NCBI GenBank assembly: GCA_951406725.2
Contig: OX597825.1
Location: 17,298,001 to 17,362,000, forward strand
DNA from: Octopus vulgaris
Taxonomy: Eukaryota
DNA length: 64,000 bases
Direction of reading: 5' to 3'
Notes under the pieces: generated by a model
What the model saw: only the letters and a program-made list of their open reading frames with translations
Database searches by the model: none
Told to the model about the DNA's origin: nothing
Shown here: positions 1 to 13,707 of the stretch, piece after piece
Layout of the letters: each line of letters begins with the position of its first letter
Numbering within the stretch: the first letter of the stretch is position 1
Position numbers and translations under genes: made by a program

Positions 1-486
1 AAATCGAAATTGATAAAATTTTAATTACATAGTTTTCAATGATACGGTATACTAAGTATTTTGGTGAGTAACCAAGTTTATATCATTGCAGCTTTGCTTT
101 GTATTACCCTTCCAATGAGTGCTATATTGAATTAAAGTAATATTAATCCATAATTCTTCTAAGCATTACTAATTGTAGTTTGAAGTTCCACAGACACAGT
201 CACACATACACGCACAAACAAATGTATTTAGGCTTGTGTGTATCATTTATTTCTATTTTGTTACATTTCTATTTGGTTATATTTAACTATAGAAATTAAT
301 TCCTCTTCGAAGGTTATTTTATTTTCAATTCATTCATTCTTAGAGTTTATCCCATCATATATAGTCTAAATTCATTTTTTTAAAAATTATGATACGATGG
401 ATAACATATACATATTCAAAAGAGTATTCTAACTTTTATTACCCTATATCACACATGATATTTAATCAGTTATAGATATATTCGAA

Positions 487-797
487 GGCGCGTGGCTTCG
501 TGGTTAGGAGCATTCGGCTCATGATCGTAAGGTCATGAGTTCAATTCCCGGCGGCGTGTTGTGTCCTTGAGTAAGACACTTTATTTCACGTTGCTCCAGT
601 CCACTCATCTGGCAAAAATGAGTTGTACCTGTATTTCAAAGGGGCAGCCTTGTCAAACACTCTGTGTCAGGCTGAATCTCCCCGAGAACTACGTTAAGGG
701 TACACTTGTTTGTGGAGTGCACGTTAAATTCACGAGCATGCTGTTCCGTTGATCGTATCAGCTGGAACCCCCGTCGACACAACCGACGAGGTGCTCC
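487..797 (+). mobile_element. tRNA-derived SINE, family A (short variant)
   Basis: tRNA-like head with A box (TGGCTTCGTGG) and B box (GAGTTCAATTCCC). The 3' body (TGTACCTGTATTTCAAAGGG...GGAACCC..GTCG..CAACCGACG) matches the copies at 13313 and 14452. Confidence 0.85.
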
Positions 798-1006
798 TTT
801 GATATATTTTGCATATATGTATTGCCGTTAAGGTCTTCGGATATTCACAATATATTGCTATTATCCGAATGCTACATATATATTTTTATGCATACATTGT
901 TCTCTGATATTTTGGTTTACATAACTTGTGAGCTCGTTTTTATTTCAAACCCCTAGCAGGTTTTACGACATGCTAGAAAAATTAATTTACCTTAAAACAT
1001 ATTACA

Positions 1007-1128
1007 ATGGTACTTAATTTATCGACCCCCGAAAGGATGAAAGGCAGAGTTGACCTCGGCAGAATTTGAATCCAGATCGCTAAGACGGACGAGATGGTGC
1101 AAAGCATTTAGACCGGCTCACCGCCTTT
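1007..1128 (-). mobile_element. SINE family B, partial
   Basis: TGGTACTTAATTTATCGACCCCCGAAAGGATGAAAGGC core is shared with more than 10 other copies in the window. Confidence 0.8.
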
Positions 1129-1353
1129 ATCACCTAGGAATATTAAAAATGTTTATCTTAGCGTAAGAAAATAATGCATTTTTTAATCCATAAAAGATGG
1201 AACGCATCACTGAGTCATACATGAGTTAAGATTACCATTTCTCAACTTCACATGCATGAGACAACTCATCTCTCGAAAAATATACCAATCTTGTGTCAAT
1301 ATCTCGTGAGATAACATAAAATGAAAATAATAATATTATTTATATTTGGGATC

Positions 1354-1590
1354 GGCGTGGCTTAGTGGTTAGCTTGTTGGACTCATGATAATAAGATTGT
1401 AGTTTCGATTCCTGAACCGGGCGACGAAATGTGTTCTTGAGCAAAACACTTAATTTCACGTTGCCCTAGTCCACTCAGCACAAATGAGTAAACCTGGAAT
1501 GGACTGGCGTCCCGTCTAGGTAGAGTATATATGTACCATGGCAACCGGGAAACCGACCCTGTGAGTCTATATGACTCGGGAAGGACCTTT
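1354..1590 (+). mobile_element. tRNA-derived SINE with a V-SINE-like central domain
   Basis: Head is like family A (GGCGTGGCTTAGTGGTTAG...GTTTCGATTCC). The body has TGTTCTTGAGCAAAACACTTAA and ATGGACTGGCGTCCCGTC, which resemble the V domain as I recall it. Confidence 0.65.
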
Positions 1591-2480
1591 ACTTTTTTTG
1601 TTTTACTATAGTATATAAAGAAATCAACTAAAAATCACAGGCTGGTAGGGAATGCAACTCAGAAATTGTACAATGTATTAAAATACGTGATAGGCATAAG
1701 AGTACAATAAGAGTAGGGAAGTCACATTAAATAGGAGTTTGAAAGGCAAAATTTACCAGTAGCAACTTCAATATATTTTATAGGATCTGGTATTCTGAGG
1801 ACGATCAGCCTATGAGAAATGCAAAGGTGTGTAGCGAAAGATTGCTGTGGATCGCAGCAAAAACTGATGTATTATCGAATTTATAAAGGTTACCAATATA
1901 ATCAATAGATCGTATACTCATTAACGAACGTCAATATAAATGAATAATATAAAGTGATTTTCAGATAATGATATGAAATAATAGAATAAAATGAGTTGAT
2001 AAAAATGAGATAATATTATATTACAGTAATGTAATTTCTTCCTTATCAAGATATTTGACGTGTCGAAAATATATATATATACGTATGTAGATGTGTGTGT
2101 GTGTGTGTGTAGTATCGAGTTCACTCACCTGTATGAAACTCTAGACTCTAGCTTGTAGAACATTTTGTTATTTTGTTGAAGGCACATCAATATCCAAGAA
2201 TTATCTTCTTAGAGATCTCCCATAGATATCGACGTATTTCATATCCCTTCACGTTTACACTTCTAGTGCCTTTGATAACTGTTGGCAAGATGTAAAACAC
2301 TTAAAAGCTCGCTGAATGAGGTTTAACCATACAGTACTTTGTTTTAAGCCTGTTTTATATTCTATAAAGCACTTTTTGCAAAACAAGCACACGCTATGGT
2401 GTCCTCAAATAAACAGCGCCAGTTGTGAAATGGTGCGACGCGGGACATCAAAAGCAAACACCCACTTCCATGCAAACACG

Positions 2481-2910
<430 letters not shown>

Positions 2911-3297
2911 ACAGGTAAATTGTGAAAGCGAAAGAACTAACACTGGTCTGTTCTAATCCTCGTTGTTATTTATAATTACCATTGCTAAAAATGGGCGACA
3001 AATACGCACATTCGTGATTGTTCTCAAGAACACAATGACCTTCTTCTCACAAAGACACATATAACTATGTGTACATGAATCTGAAATTCTAAAAGATGTT
3101 TAGATTCAAGATCCAATGGAAAATATCGTAATCGAAATAATAAAGAAATAATAAAGCAATCTAATGCTCGTAGAGAGTCTACGATGTTGCAAAATCTTTA
3201 GAATAAACAATGAAAAGATTAATAGTTTCGAAACATATCAAGAAACCTCAACGTAAATCATCTTGTGTTATCATTGAGAAGTAAGTGTATAGTGAAA

Positions 3298-3726
3298 TAA
3301 TACTTTTACTAAAATGTTGCATCAATTTCTTGAGGAAACAAAGAAAATGGGTCATATGTTATCGAAACAAGTTATCTAGTGAGTTAAATCCTGATTCCCA
3401 TAGTTATCTCTTTGGCCATTTTATAAAGGAAAATAGATTAAATAATAATTTAGAGGATACTGACAACAAGCGATATAAGCTTTAACAAAGTGGTGCAGGG
3501 AGTTTTTCACAAGTAACGATATTTCACACTTTATATATATTGCAAATTATACACCACTTTAGAATATTAAAGTAAGAAGTTTCAAGAAAGTGGGTTTTTT
3601 CTTTGATATTATGGCATAATCATGTCGCACTAAAATATACTGTTATATTATCAATTTCCTCATAAAGTGTTAGGAAATATTTTTCAAACATCGTGAAATC
3701 TGGAAAAATGTGATCCTTCAAAACAA
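3298..3726 (+). repeat. ~430-bp direct repeat, copy 1
   Basis: Highly similar to 7651-8080, with long identical runs (e.g. AAATGTTGCATCAATTTCTTGAGGAAACAAAGAAAATGGGTC...). Confidence 0.92.
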
Positions 3727-4626
3727 AGTGGTGCAAGGAGTTTTTCACAACCTTAAAGTAAAGGTAACATTTCAAAGAGAAAATATAAGATATATAACAA
3801 ATAGAAACATCCTTTCCCGCACTTGCATGAAAAAACGAGAACCGAACGTTTTCTATCAAATAATGAAAGCATTAGTCATGGCTAAAGGAGGACTCCAATG
3901 TATTTAACGCCAGTTTGAATATCCACCAGGTACTGAAGTGAGTTAAGGATTTGATTCTTAAGACACAACGAAAGGAAGAGAAATTGATCAGTCTGTTAAT
4001 GACAGAGTTATATTAGATAAGATATAATAATCGATACGGCTTCTCTGCTTACATCCTTTGTTTGATTATCACATGTCTCGTTTTCCTTTCCCATTCAATT
4101 CACTCTCCTTCTATCGCATCTATCTCCTTAATGTTCACTCCTTCTCTCTATATTTCTCTCCTCATCTTTCACCAATTTTCTCTTATCTATATCGCTATTA
4201 ATCTTTTTCTATCTATCGATTATTGTTACTTCGCCTCTCTTTCCTCTTTTTCCCTTTCTTGCATTTATTACACTCTTTTTTTTTTTGGTTTCATTTTTCT
4301 TTTATCCCCCCCCCACTTCATTCGATATGTCTGACTCTTAGGAATAGATGTTCTGACGGATAATAAGGACGTATACAATTACAGAATATAATAAGGTTAA
4401 TTTCTTCCATGTAACTCATCTATCAACGAGATGAACAGTAAACTATGGCTGACTATTACAGGTAGGATCAATAGGAGGTTAGACTCAGGAGAATTTCTAC
4501 ACGCATATACACACCGACACACAGACACACAAGCACAAGAACGCCCGCACACACAAGCACACATACACCATACATCTACATATCTATATGTGTGCGCATA
4601 TATATATTAATATATGCTTTATATAG

Positions 4627-4697
<71 letters not shown>

Positions 4698-4714
4698 TAT
4701 ATATTTATATATAT

Positions 4715-4752
<38 letters not shown>

Positions 4753-5075
4753 GTTGCACACTCATGGTGGCATGTGTGGTAGTATGTGCGGCGGTTTTGC
4801 TTTGCGAGTTTGAATGTGTATGTCGGTGTGATGGTTATTATTGTGTAGCTGTGTGTGTGAGCTAGTCTATTTCAGTATGTATTCCTTCTCTAACGATTAT
4901 AATTTCAAAATCATTTTTGCATTAATATTTTCAGAATTATCGCAATCGGTGCACTAGTTTTCTGCTCCAATTGTGAACTGCTGTTAGAATCCTCCGTTTC
5001 GTATCTTCTAGTAAAATGTAGACTAATATTCAGAGATGGTATTTTCTAATGCACACTTTCAATAAACTCAACACA

Positions 5076-5167
<92 letters not shown>

Positions 5168-5282
5168 AGGATGAAAAGCAATGTCGAGCTCGGTGGAATT
5201 TGAACTCAGAAGGTAAAGATAGACGAAATACTGATAATCTTTTCATTCGGCGTGCTAACGTTTCTGCCAGCTCGCTGCCTTT
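5168..5282 (-). mobile_element. SINE family B, 5' part
   Basis: AAGGATGAAAAGCAATGTCGAGCTCGGTGGAATTTGAACTCAGAA...TGCCAGCTCGCTGCC. Confidence 0.8.
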
Positions 5283-5285
5283 ACA

Positions 5286-5358
<73 letters not shown>

Positions 5359-5399
5359 AGATATATACACCTCAGTCTATGTATTATGTTTGTATGTAC

Positions 5400-5446
5400 G
5401 AATCTATTTATCCATCTATTTATTACTCTATCTATTTATTTATCCG

Positions 5447-5478
<32 letters not shown>

Positions 5479-5489
5479 ATCTCTCTCTG

Positions 5490-5566
<77 letters not shown>

Positions 5567-5600
5567 GTATTTGTTTGTCTGTCTGTGTATCTATTCATCC
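5400..5600. repeat. (TATC)n tetranucleotide microsatellite
   Basis: Direct reading. Similar tracts lie at 8340-8480, 37128-37216 and 43530-43795. Confidence 0.97.
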
Positions 5601-6754
5601 AACTATCAATCGATCCACCGCTATCTGTACAGCCACCATTCGATACAAAGGAAATTTCTTTTCGATAAATCTGTTCTTTTCAAAACGCGAGCTTTATCCT
5701 CGGTGCTTTTTCGAAGGCATTTTAAATCAAATAGCTATTGTATTACCGATTCCCTACAGCACACAGGCTTTGTAGTTTTTTTTCTTTGCGCATTTGGAAG
5801 CAATGTGCGAATGAAAAGAACGTGAAAATTTCCTTTAATAATGTAGGTTTTAATTCTATTAAAAAAATAATAAATGTTTATTGCACTATATCGAGATGGA
5901 ATGTTCATGTCCGTTAGAGCGGTGTTATAATGGAACTATTTAGCATCGAAATTGAAACTATATTGTGTGTGCATCTGTATGTTTGCCAGCATCTATTTAT
6001 GTATTAAATGTATTTATGTATAAATAAGTATCCATACACCCATACATATATACATACATACATTCCCCCTCCCCCATTTATATATATATATGTGTGTGTG
6101 TCTGTGTGCGTACATTTTGTGTATAGGTATAAATAGAAGTACACTAAACGACTCAGTTTGTAGTATTAAATAATTCGTTCAGGCTGCACTCAGCTCCACA
6201 AATAAAAGAATTAGACCAGGTTACATTTCTTCCCGCTCGTAAATACAAAAAAAAAACTATTAAAAAAAAACTATAAGAAGCGATAAGTTTTTCTCCATGG
6301 AATAAAATTTTATAAATCTTTCTTTGATGAAAATTTAACAACTCCAAAGTTAATCTCATCTCACAGATTTCTGCCCACAGAGACCCACGTATGGTATAAC
6401 AACTAACTTTGCACAAAAAAGATTCTATTTTGTGATTTCAAAAAGGCTAACTGACATATAAAAGGTAGTACGCATTTCGCATACATACGCACACATGCGG
6501 GCAGTGTAGTGTTACAATTCGAGATATATTATTTCAAACCGAAGCATTCTCTTTTCTTTCGATACATAATATTTATCTTATTCCCTGTAATCGAATGTGT
6601 ACCTTGGTAATTAGATTATAATCCGGATATTATTATCATCACTTTGCTTAATTAGGTAAAGCGTTGTAGCTACATTCTTCACAATTTTGAAAGAAAACTA
6701 AGATACTTTCAATAATAAATCTCTGAGCGAGGTATAAACAGTAGCTGCATGACA

Positions 6755-7252
6755 TCGTGAAGTATATTTGCCACTTAAATGTGGCTAGCCCTTAAGAGTG
6801 GATGCTACTGTAGCTTGTAGCCCCAGGAGAACATCTTCTCCAGCTGGCTACTTACACACTATCTGTGGCCTATCAGTATTTGTAAAGGGAAGCCATCCTT
6901 CCCGTCGTTAACCTATGATACACACGGACTCGAGTTTCTGGGTATTGACATGTCGTCATCGTGTGACAATAACCGGTTATCGATGAAAAAGGATATATAT
7001 TTGCAAAGGGATCCTATAATCTATCGAAAACCGATGATTCTCACACGGTGATAACGAGTCAATACCCAGAAACCCGAGACCCTGTGTATCATAGGTTGAA
7101 GACGGGAGGGATGGCTTCCCTTTACAAATACTGATAGGGCACAGAAAGTGTGTCAATAGCTAGCTGGAGTAGGCGTCCTCCAAGTTCTACAAGCTACAGT
7201 AGCATCCACCCTTAGGGGTTAGCCACATTTAAGTGGCAAATATACTTCACGA
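6755..7252. repeat. Long imperfect inverted repeat (arms ~6755-6966 and ~7042-7252)
   Basis: CGTGAAGTATATTTGCCACTTAAATGTGGCTA... at 6756 is the reverse complement of ...TAGCCACATTTAAGTGGCAAATATACTTCACG ending at 7251. Arms are ~210 bp with a ~75-bp spacer. Confidence 0.9.
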
Positions 7253-7650
7253 AAAATACTTTCATTTGTATATTATGTTTTATAGTTCATGTATAATAAA
7301 ACAAAGATGGAGAGGCGCATGCTTTTATTTCCGTCTTTTAAACCCGGATTAGATATGATCTCGTACACTAATACTAGTTGCATTAATGTTGTACTGAATT
7401 TTCTGTGCGTGCTTGAAGCAGGAACAATATTGTTTAAAATCTCTCATACGCAGCGCATAAATTGTTGGGTAATTGTATCTACTGTGTACATTAAAAGTGA
7501 TAAAATCACTGGATACAGTTGTATGAAAGTTTCTTAATTGAAGAAGTAGAATCCCAGCAAAATGGTCAAGAAGGTGAGTATCATTTCTTCATTGCAGAAT
7601 ATGTAACCACAGTCGCAATACAATTTTCCAGAAACAATCTGTAAATGTAA

Positions 7651-8080
7651 TAATATTTTTACTAAAATGTTGCATCAATTTCTTGAGGAAACAAAGAAAA
7701 TGGGTCATATGTTATCGAAACAAGTTATCTAGTGAGTTAAATCCTGATTCCCATAGTTATCTCTTTGGCCATTTTATAAAGGAAAATAGATTAAATGAAA
7801 ATCTAGAGGATACTGACCACAGGTGATATAAGCTTTAACAAAGTGATGCAGGGAGTGTTTCACAAGTAACGATATTTCACACTTTATATATATTGCAAAT
7901 TATACACCACTTTAGAATATTAAAGTGAGAAGTTTTACGAAAGTGGATTCTTTCTTTGATATTATGGCATAATCACGTCGCAGTAAAATATACTGTTATA
8001 TTATCAATTTCCACATAAAGCGTTTGGAAACATTTTTCAAACATCGTGAAAAATGAGAAAAATGAGATCCTTCAAAACAA
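7651..8080 (+). repeat. ~430-bp direct repeat, copy 2
   Basis: Matches 3298-3726. Confidence 0.92.
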
Positions 8081-8348
8081 TATCAACCTCGCATTATTAT
8101 TATAATAGCAAAGGAGATGAAGAGATACAAACTGATTAGTACATTTTCGGTCTGCAGTACTGGGGCTATAAAATATGACATTATTTTTGTATACACTGTG
8201 ATAGGTATATAGGATTAAAATAAGTACAACTGATAGAACAACGGGTGTATTAATTATAAAAGGATTGAAATTGTTTCATGAAGAACGGTTTTTGCATTCG
8301 AGCTTTCCTTCTGAATATCTTTTTCCCCCACTTCTCTCTCTCGCTCTA

Positions 8349-8393
<45 letters not shown>

Positions 8394-10072
8394 ATGTCTG
8401 TCTATCTATCTATCTATCTCTATCAATCTATCTATCTATCTATCTATCTATCTATATATCTAAATATCTATCTATTTATCTAGGTACATTGTAACCTCTT
8501 TTTAATGTATAGCTCTTTGCTTTGATATGTCTTTAGAGGACCATAGTGGTCTAACACTATAGAGGATCATACTGGTCTAACATTATATCGATAATATAAT
8601 TTTACAAATTATAATTTTACTAATTAAAAGTTACGTGACCCTGTCACATCAAAATTTTGTTTTAACATATAGCAATATATGTGTCAGTGTGTGTGTATAT
8701 ATTTGTGTGTTTATATGTGCGTGTGACTTGCTTATAACCTTGCGAATCTCTCCCAGCAGAGAAGAACATTACAAATAACCAATCTTTATACTTAAAGACA
8801 AAAACACATCACGCTGCCAGAACTCCCAATGGTTATGCCATACTATTTAAAATTACATGTTAGGCGTTCTAACGCCATTGTAAATCTTTGATAACAGTTA
8901 AATTTGCTAAGATGACATCCTAACGTAAATATTTACAAGGTCAACTTGATAGCATTTTCGTGTTCGCCCAATCTGCTTAAAATTGCCTTCAGTAACTCTC
9001 AAGCTACAACCGATATTTTTATGTAATAATTTCTAAGAATGAGACGATGAAGGATGATATTGTGTAAGGTGCATGCAAATATATTACCGTAGAATTTGAA
9101 ATGTTCGTCATTTGTTCGAACCTATAAGAATAAATGCCATATGTGACAGTTGCAAAATATGAACTTAAAATATGATGCCATTACAAAAGTACCAAAACGC
9201 ATTTCCGTAAGCGGCCTAGCGTAACTAAACATTTGACAATCTAGTATACGATATTCTAAGTCATAGTAGGCACACTACTCGAGCATTTTAGATTATAGGT
9301 CTTATCCCAGGCAACATAAGCACTTCACTATTGCTCCCTTCACATAGTACGCACAAATTTCACTTGGAGTAAAATATCTTAAGCATTTTTAGTTGCAGCA
9401 GTGTTTATAGGCTAGCTATATATATTCCCAAAAGAAATTCAGAAGGAATTGCTTTGTCAGGTTAAGTCGCAGCAAGAAGATAACATTCTTCGACATTGGG
9501 AGAAGCGCCAAAGTTGACAATTTAAATAATAAATTGCTTGAACTATGCTTATTCCAGCACATGATGATATATACCCATTAGCAACATGTAATCTGCAATC
9601 GCCCACGACGAAGTTTTACGCCCCAGAAGGAGGGAATTATATCATACATGTTTCATAAAATGGATATTATATGTCATATTTATCATGCGTTTATATATTT
9701 CATTCTTTCTCTACATCGCTCGGAATATTACACCCACACACGCGTACACACACCCACATAAAAGTCCAAGAGATACAGACGCAAAGTGAGAGGATATGCT
9801 GACAATTCAAAAGTAGTGTAAATAGTCATAGAACCTACGAATGCTTAGACCTTGATGCTATATATAAACGGCCTGACGAAAGGAATGTGAAAACTAAAAC
9901 AAGAAAATTCCAAATTCTTCGCACTTTGCTTGCCTTATACTAATATACAGCAACAAAAATACTTTGGACCAGAAGGAGCCGCACCCCAAGAGTTAAGTCC
10001 AGAGTGTGATCCGTGACGTGATAAGATCAATGACGTCTCCTTTCATCTATATATAACAAAGATACAGGCTAT

Positions 10073-10335
10073 ATGACAACTTGGAATATGAGAACCTTCA
10101 GAATAAGGGATACGGAAACTATGCCATTTCTATGGAGCATGTTTGTACTTAGCAGTTTGGCCTATTGCTCTGAAATGTGGTTATACCACTGTGTCAAATT
10201 AATAGCGGAACTTAAAGCAGTTCAGTGGTGCTACAAAGGGGAAATTGCATTAACAAAACCACTGAGCAACTGGGAGAGACTGAAAGATTCATAACTGTAT
10301 TCCTCATAGAGAAGACGGGAAAGATATGTGGTCAT
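10073..10335 (+). pseudogene. CR1/L2-clade LINE ORF2 C-terminal relic
   Basis: Translation FVLSSLAYCSEMW..CVKLIAELKAVQ...NWERLKD, then (frameshifted) LYSS*RRRERY. This resembles the CR1 post-RT motif LEYCS.VWSP...LE.VQ...Y.ERL..L.LYSL.RRR.R. Confidence 0.7.
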
Positions 10336-10442
10336 AGAATAAGAACTAGGCTTTGAAAGAATAAGTCCTGGGGTCGATTTACTCGACTATAGGCGGTGCT
10401 TCAGCATGGCCACAGTCACATGACTGAATCAAGTAAAAGAGT
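10336..10442 (+). mobile_element. SINE family C 3' tail
   Basis: AGAATAAGTCCTGGGGTCGATTT...GGCGGTGCTTCAGCATGGCCACAGTC...CAAGTAAAAGAG. Confidence 0.8.
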
Positions 10443-10470
10443 ATACATGTGTAGATATATGTATGTATGT

Positions 10471-10763
<293 letters not shown>

Positions 10764-11662
10764 GTTTGTGTGGCTGTGTATGTGTGTGTGTTGTATACTT
10801 TAATTTACCTTTTCTTTATTTTTTCCTAAAACATTTCTTACAATAATTACGCAATATTTCTCCTCACAGTTTATTAGTTTTATTAAAGAATATGAAAGAA
10901 TGCAAATGACAAAATTATGTTTGCTAGCTGTTGAGTTGGCGCCATACGTTCACAAGAAGAGATTCTCAATATTAACACGACGTTACTTTATTTTGTCGCC
11001 GCTTTATCCAAAAGGCTTGTTTATTGAATTGATTGTAGGCATTTACATGCAAGCATTGTACGGAAAATTTTGATAATAACAGCAAATATATCAGCACATT
11101 TTTTTTAGTTTTTGTACATGTTCCGATTCTACTGAAATTATGTTGAGAATTTCTATGCAAAAGTTTGGAATTCTATTTCTGATTTTACGGAAAATGTAAA
11201 TAAAAATCGGAGAATACTCTAAAGGCTTTGTGTTTGATAACATATATTTTCGATTTGATATCCGTTTTCAGATGCTATAATGCGTTCTTAATTAGCGGTA
11301 TTATTCATATATCAAGGAAAATGCATTAGAAGGCATCTCGGCTTGGTATGCAGCGCTACTAGAAAACTTCCGATTTATTCATATATGTTGTTTGTATACA
11401 GCACGGAACATATCTAAAGCCGGTGTTTTTCATAAAATTTGACGCTCATTCCTTTCCTTTTTGAATGTTTCCTCGCTATGTATATTCACGTACACAAGTC
11501 AGGAGTTACTCATCGATCCTTATGGCCTCTGCTTTTACGTTCCCTGTATGCAAACACCCAAAATTTGTGAAAATGTATTTAAAATTATACACTTCATCAT
11601 TGTTTATATTTTCCATCTGTAGGTTGTATCGGAGTGTGTTTCCTCATTTTCGCATGTTTCAA

Positions 11663-12080
11663 TACTCTTTACTCTCTTTTACTCTTTTACTTGTTTCAGT
11701 CATTTGACTGCGGCCATGCTGGAGCACCACCTTTTAGTCGAGCAAATCGACCCGGGGACTTATTCTTTGTAAGCCCAGTACTTATTCTATCGGTATCTTT
11801 TGCCGAACCGCTAAGTGACGGGGACGTAAACACACCAGCATCGGTTGTCAAGCAATGCTAGGGGGACAAACACACACACACAAACACACACATACATATA
11901 TATATATATACATATATACGACAGGCTTCTTTCAGTTTCCGTCTACCAAATCCACTCACAAGGCATTGGTCGGCCCGGGGCTATAGCAGAAGACACTTGC
12001 CCAAGATGCCACGCAGTGGGACTGAACCCGGAACCATGTGGTTTGTTAGCAAGCTACTTACCACACAGCCACTCCTGCGC
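11663..12080 (-). mobile_element. SINE family C, full length, internal microsatellite
   Basis: On the minus strand: tRNA head GCGCAGGAGTGGCTGTGTGGTAAG...GGTTCAGTCCC, internal (TA)/(TG), tail GACTGAAACAAGTAAAAGAGTAAA. Confidence 0.9.
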
Positions 12081-12222
12081 TTATGTTTATTATTTCTGTC
12101 AATGTAGCCGTTGTCATTATTATTCTTGTTATTCTTGTTGTGTTATGATTGTGGCGAACAAGCTGTTTATCATATTTAAATTATCTTTGAAATGTTAATA
12201 TTAATATAAATGCTAATTCATA

Positions 12223-12630
12223 GTGGATGTGTGGTAAGTAGCTTGCTTACGAACCACATGGTTCTAGGTTCAGTCCTAGTGCGTGGCACCTTAGGCAAGT
12301 GTCTTCTACTATAATCTCGGGCTGACCAAATATTTGTGAGTGGATTTGGAAACTGAAAGAAACCCGTCGTATATATGTATATATATATATATATATATGT
12401 ACGTGTGTGTATATGTTTGTGTGTCTATGTTTGCCCCCCACACACACACACAACATTGCTTGACAGCCGATGCTGGTGTTTACGTCACCGTAACTTAGCG
12501 GTTCGCCAAAAGAGACCGATAGAATAAGTACTAGGCTTACAAAGAATAAGTCCTGGGAACGATTTTCTCGACTAAAGGCGGTGCTCCAGCATGGCCACAG
12601 TAACATGGCTGAAACAAGTAAAAGAGTAAA
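12223..12630 (+). mobile_element. SINE family C
   Basis: Same family, head-to-head with the 11663-12080 copy. Confidence 0.9.
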
Positions 12631-13312
12631 TGAGTATTTAAATAGTAGACAAGAATTAAACAAATTTTACAGTCGCATCCAGATTTCGGTTCAACACTCT
12701 TTGATATTACTGCCAATATACCATTTCTCACCGCCACCTTTTATGAACGCTTTATTGGAAGACCAAATCACATCAAAGAATTAAACAGGTGAGCGATATT
12801 ATTTTAAATGTTTAAAATAATATTTTCTTTTCAAATGAAACTGTTTTTTTAGTGTCTTGTAAACATTCTAACCACGCCGTGCACACAATGACGCCAGAGG
12901 AGTAAAAGACTGGGATATCACTTCTGAAATAGCCGTGACGATGCGTTTTATTTATTTTAGAATTGAATGTAAATCTAAAAACAAATCAAAAATCTTGATG
13001 CAGTTCCACCCACTTACATTCACTCATACACACCACTGTATAGGACAAGTGTTAAATCTACGTCCTCTAAACTTGGGTTTTCAATCTGTTGTACAATAAT
13101 AGTTAATAGCTGTATATAAACATGTTATGATCAGACTTGAATGAAGCTGGTATTGGTCTGCATATGCTAGGCTTCTTTGTTTTTGTTGTTGTTGTAGAGT
13201 TGATGAAAAGAGGGCCGTGAATTTCTCGTGAATAATATAAAAGCTTTTTACAGGAAGAATTAAAAGGAGAGAAATTAATGAGAGACAGCTGAGTTTTATA
13301 TCCTCTAAGGTG

Positions 13313-13707
13313 GAGGCGCAATGGCCCAGTGGTTAGGGCAGCGGACTCGCGGTGATAGGATCGCGGTTTCGATTCCCAGACCGGGCTTTGTGAGTGTTTA
13401 TTGAGCGAAAATACCCAAAGCTCCACAAGGCTCCGGCAGGGGATGGTGGTGATCCCTGCTGTACTCTTTCACCACAACTTTCTCTCACTCCTACTTCCTG
13501 TTTCTGTTGTACCTGTATTTCAAAGGGCCAGCCTTGTCACTCTCTGTGTCACGCTGAATATGCCCGAGAACTACGTTAAGGGTACACGTGTCTGTGGAGT
13601 GCTCAGCCACATACACGTTAATTTCACGAGCAGGCTGTTCCGTTGATTCGGATCAATCGGAACCCTCGTCGTCGCAACCGACGGAGTGCTAAGAGAGTGC
13701 TTCCACC
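13313..13707 (+). mobile_element. SINE family A (long variant) with 15-bp target-site duplication
   Basis: tRNA-like head GAGGCGCAATGGCCCAGTGGTTAGGGCAGCGGACTCGC. ATATCCTCTAAGGTG is duplicated at 13298-13312 and 13708-13722. Confidence 0.92.

Noticed and set aside
487-560. tRNA gene candidates (also 1354, 13313, 38707)
   Set aside because: They are tRNA-derived SINE heads continuing into SINE bodies, without a proper acceptor stem or terminator.
2129-2311. Minus-strand exon with CAG|GTGAGT donor (similar case at 56200-56262)
   Set aside because: The frames I checked contain stops. They could be non-coding exons but cannot be supported from sequence alone.
3298-8080. LTR retrotransposon
   Set aside because: The direct repeats lack TG/CA ends, PBS, PPT, TSD and internal coding relics.
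9000-9620. Possible L1-like coding relic (also 41600-41920 and 19848-20054)
   Set aside because: Only vague peptide resemblance, with no ordered motifs I can defend.
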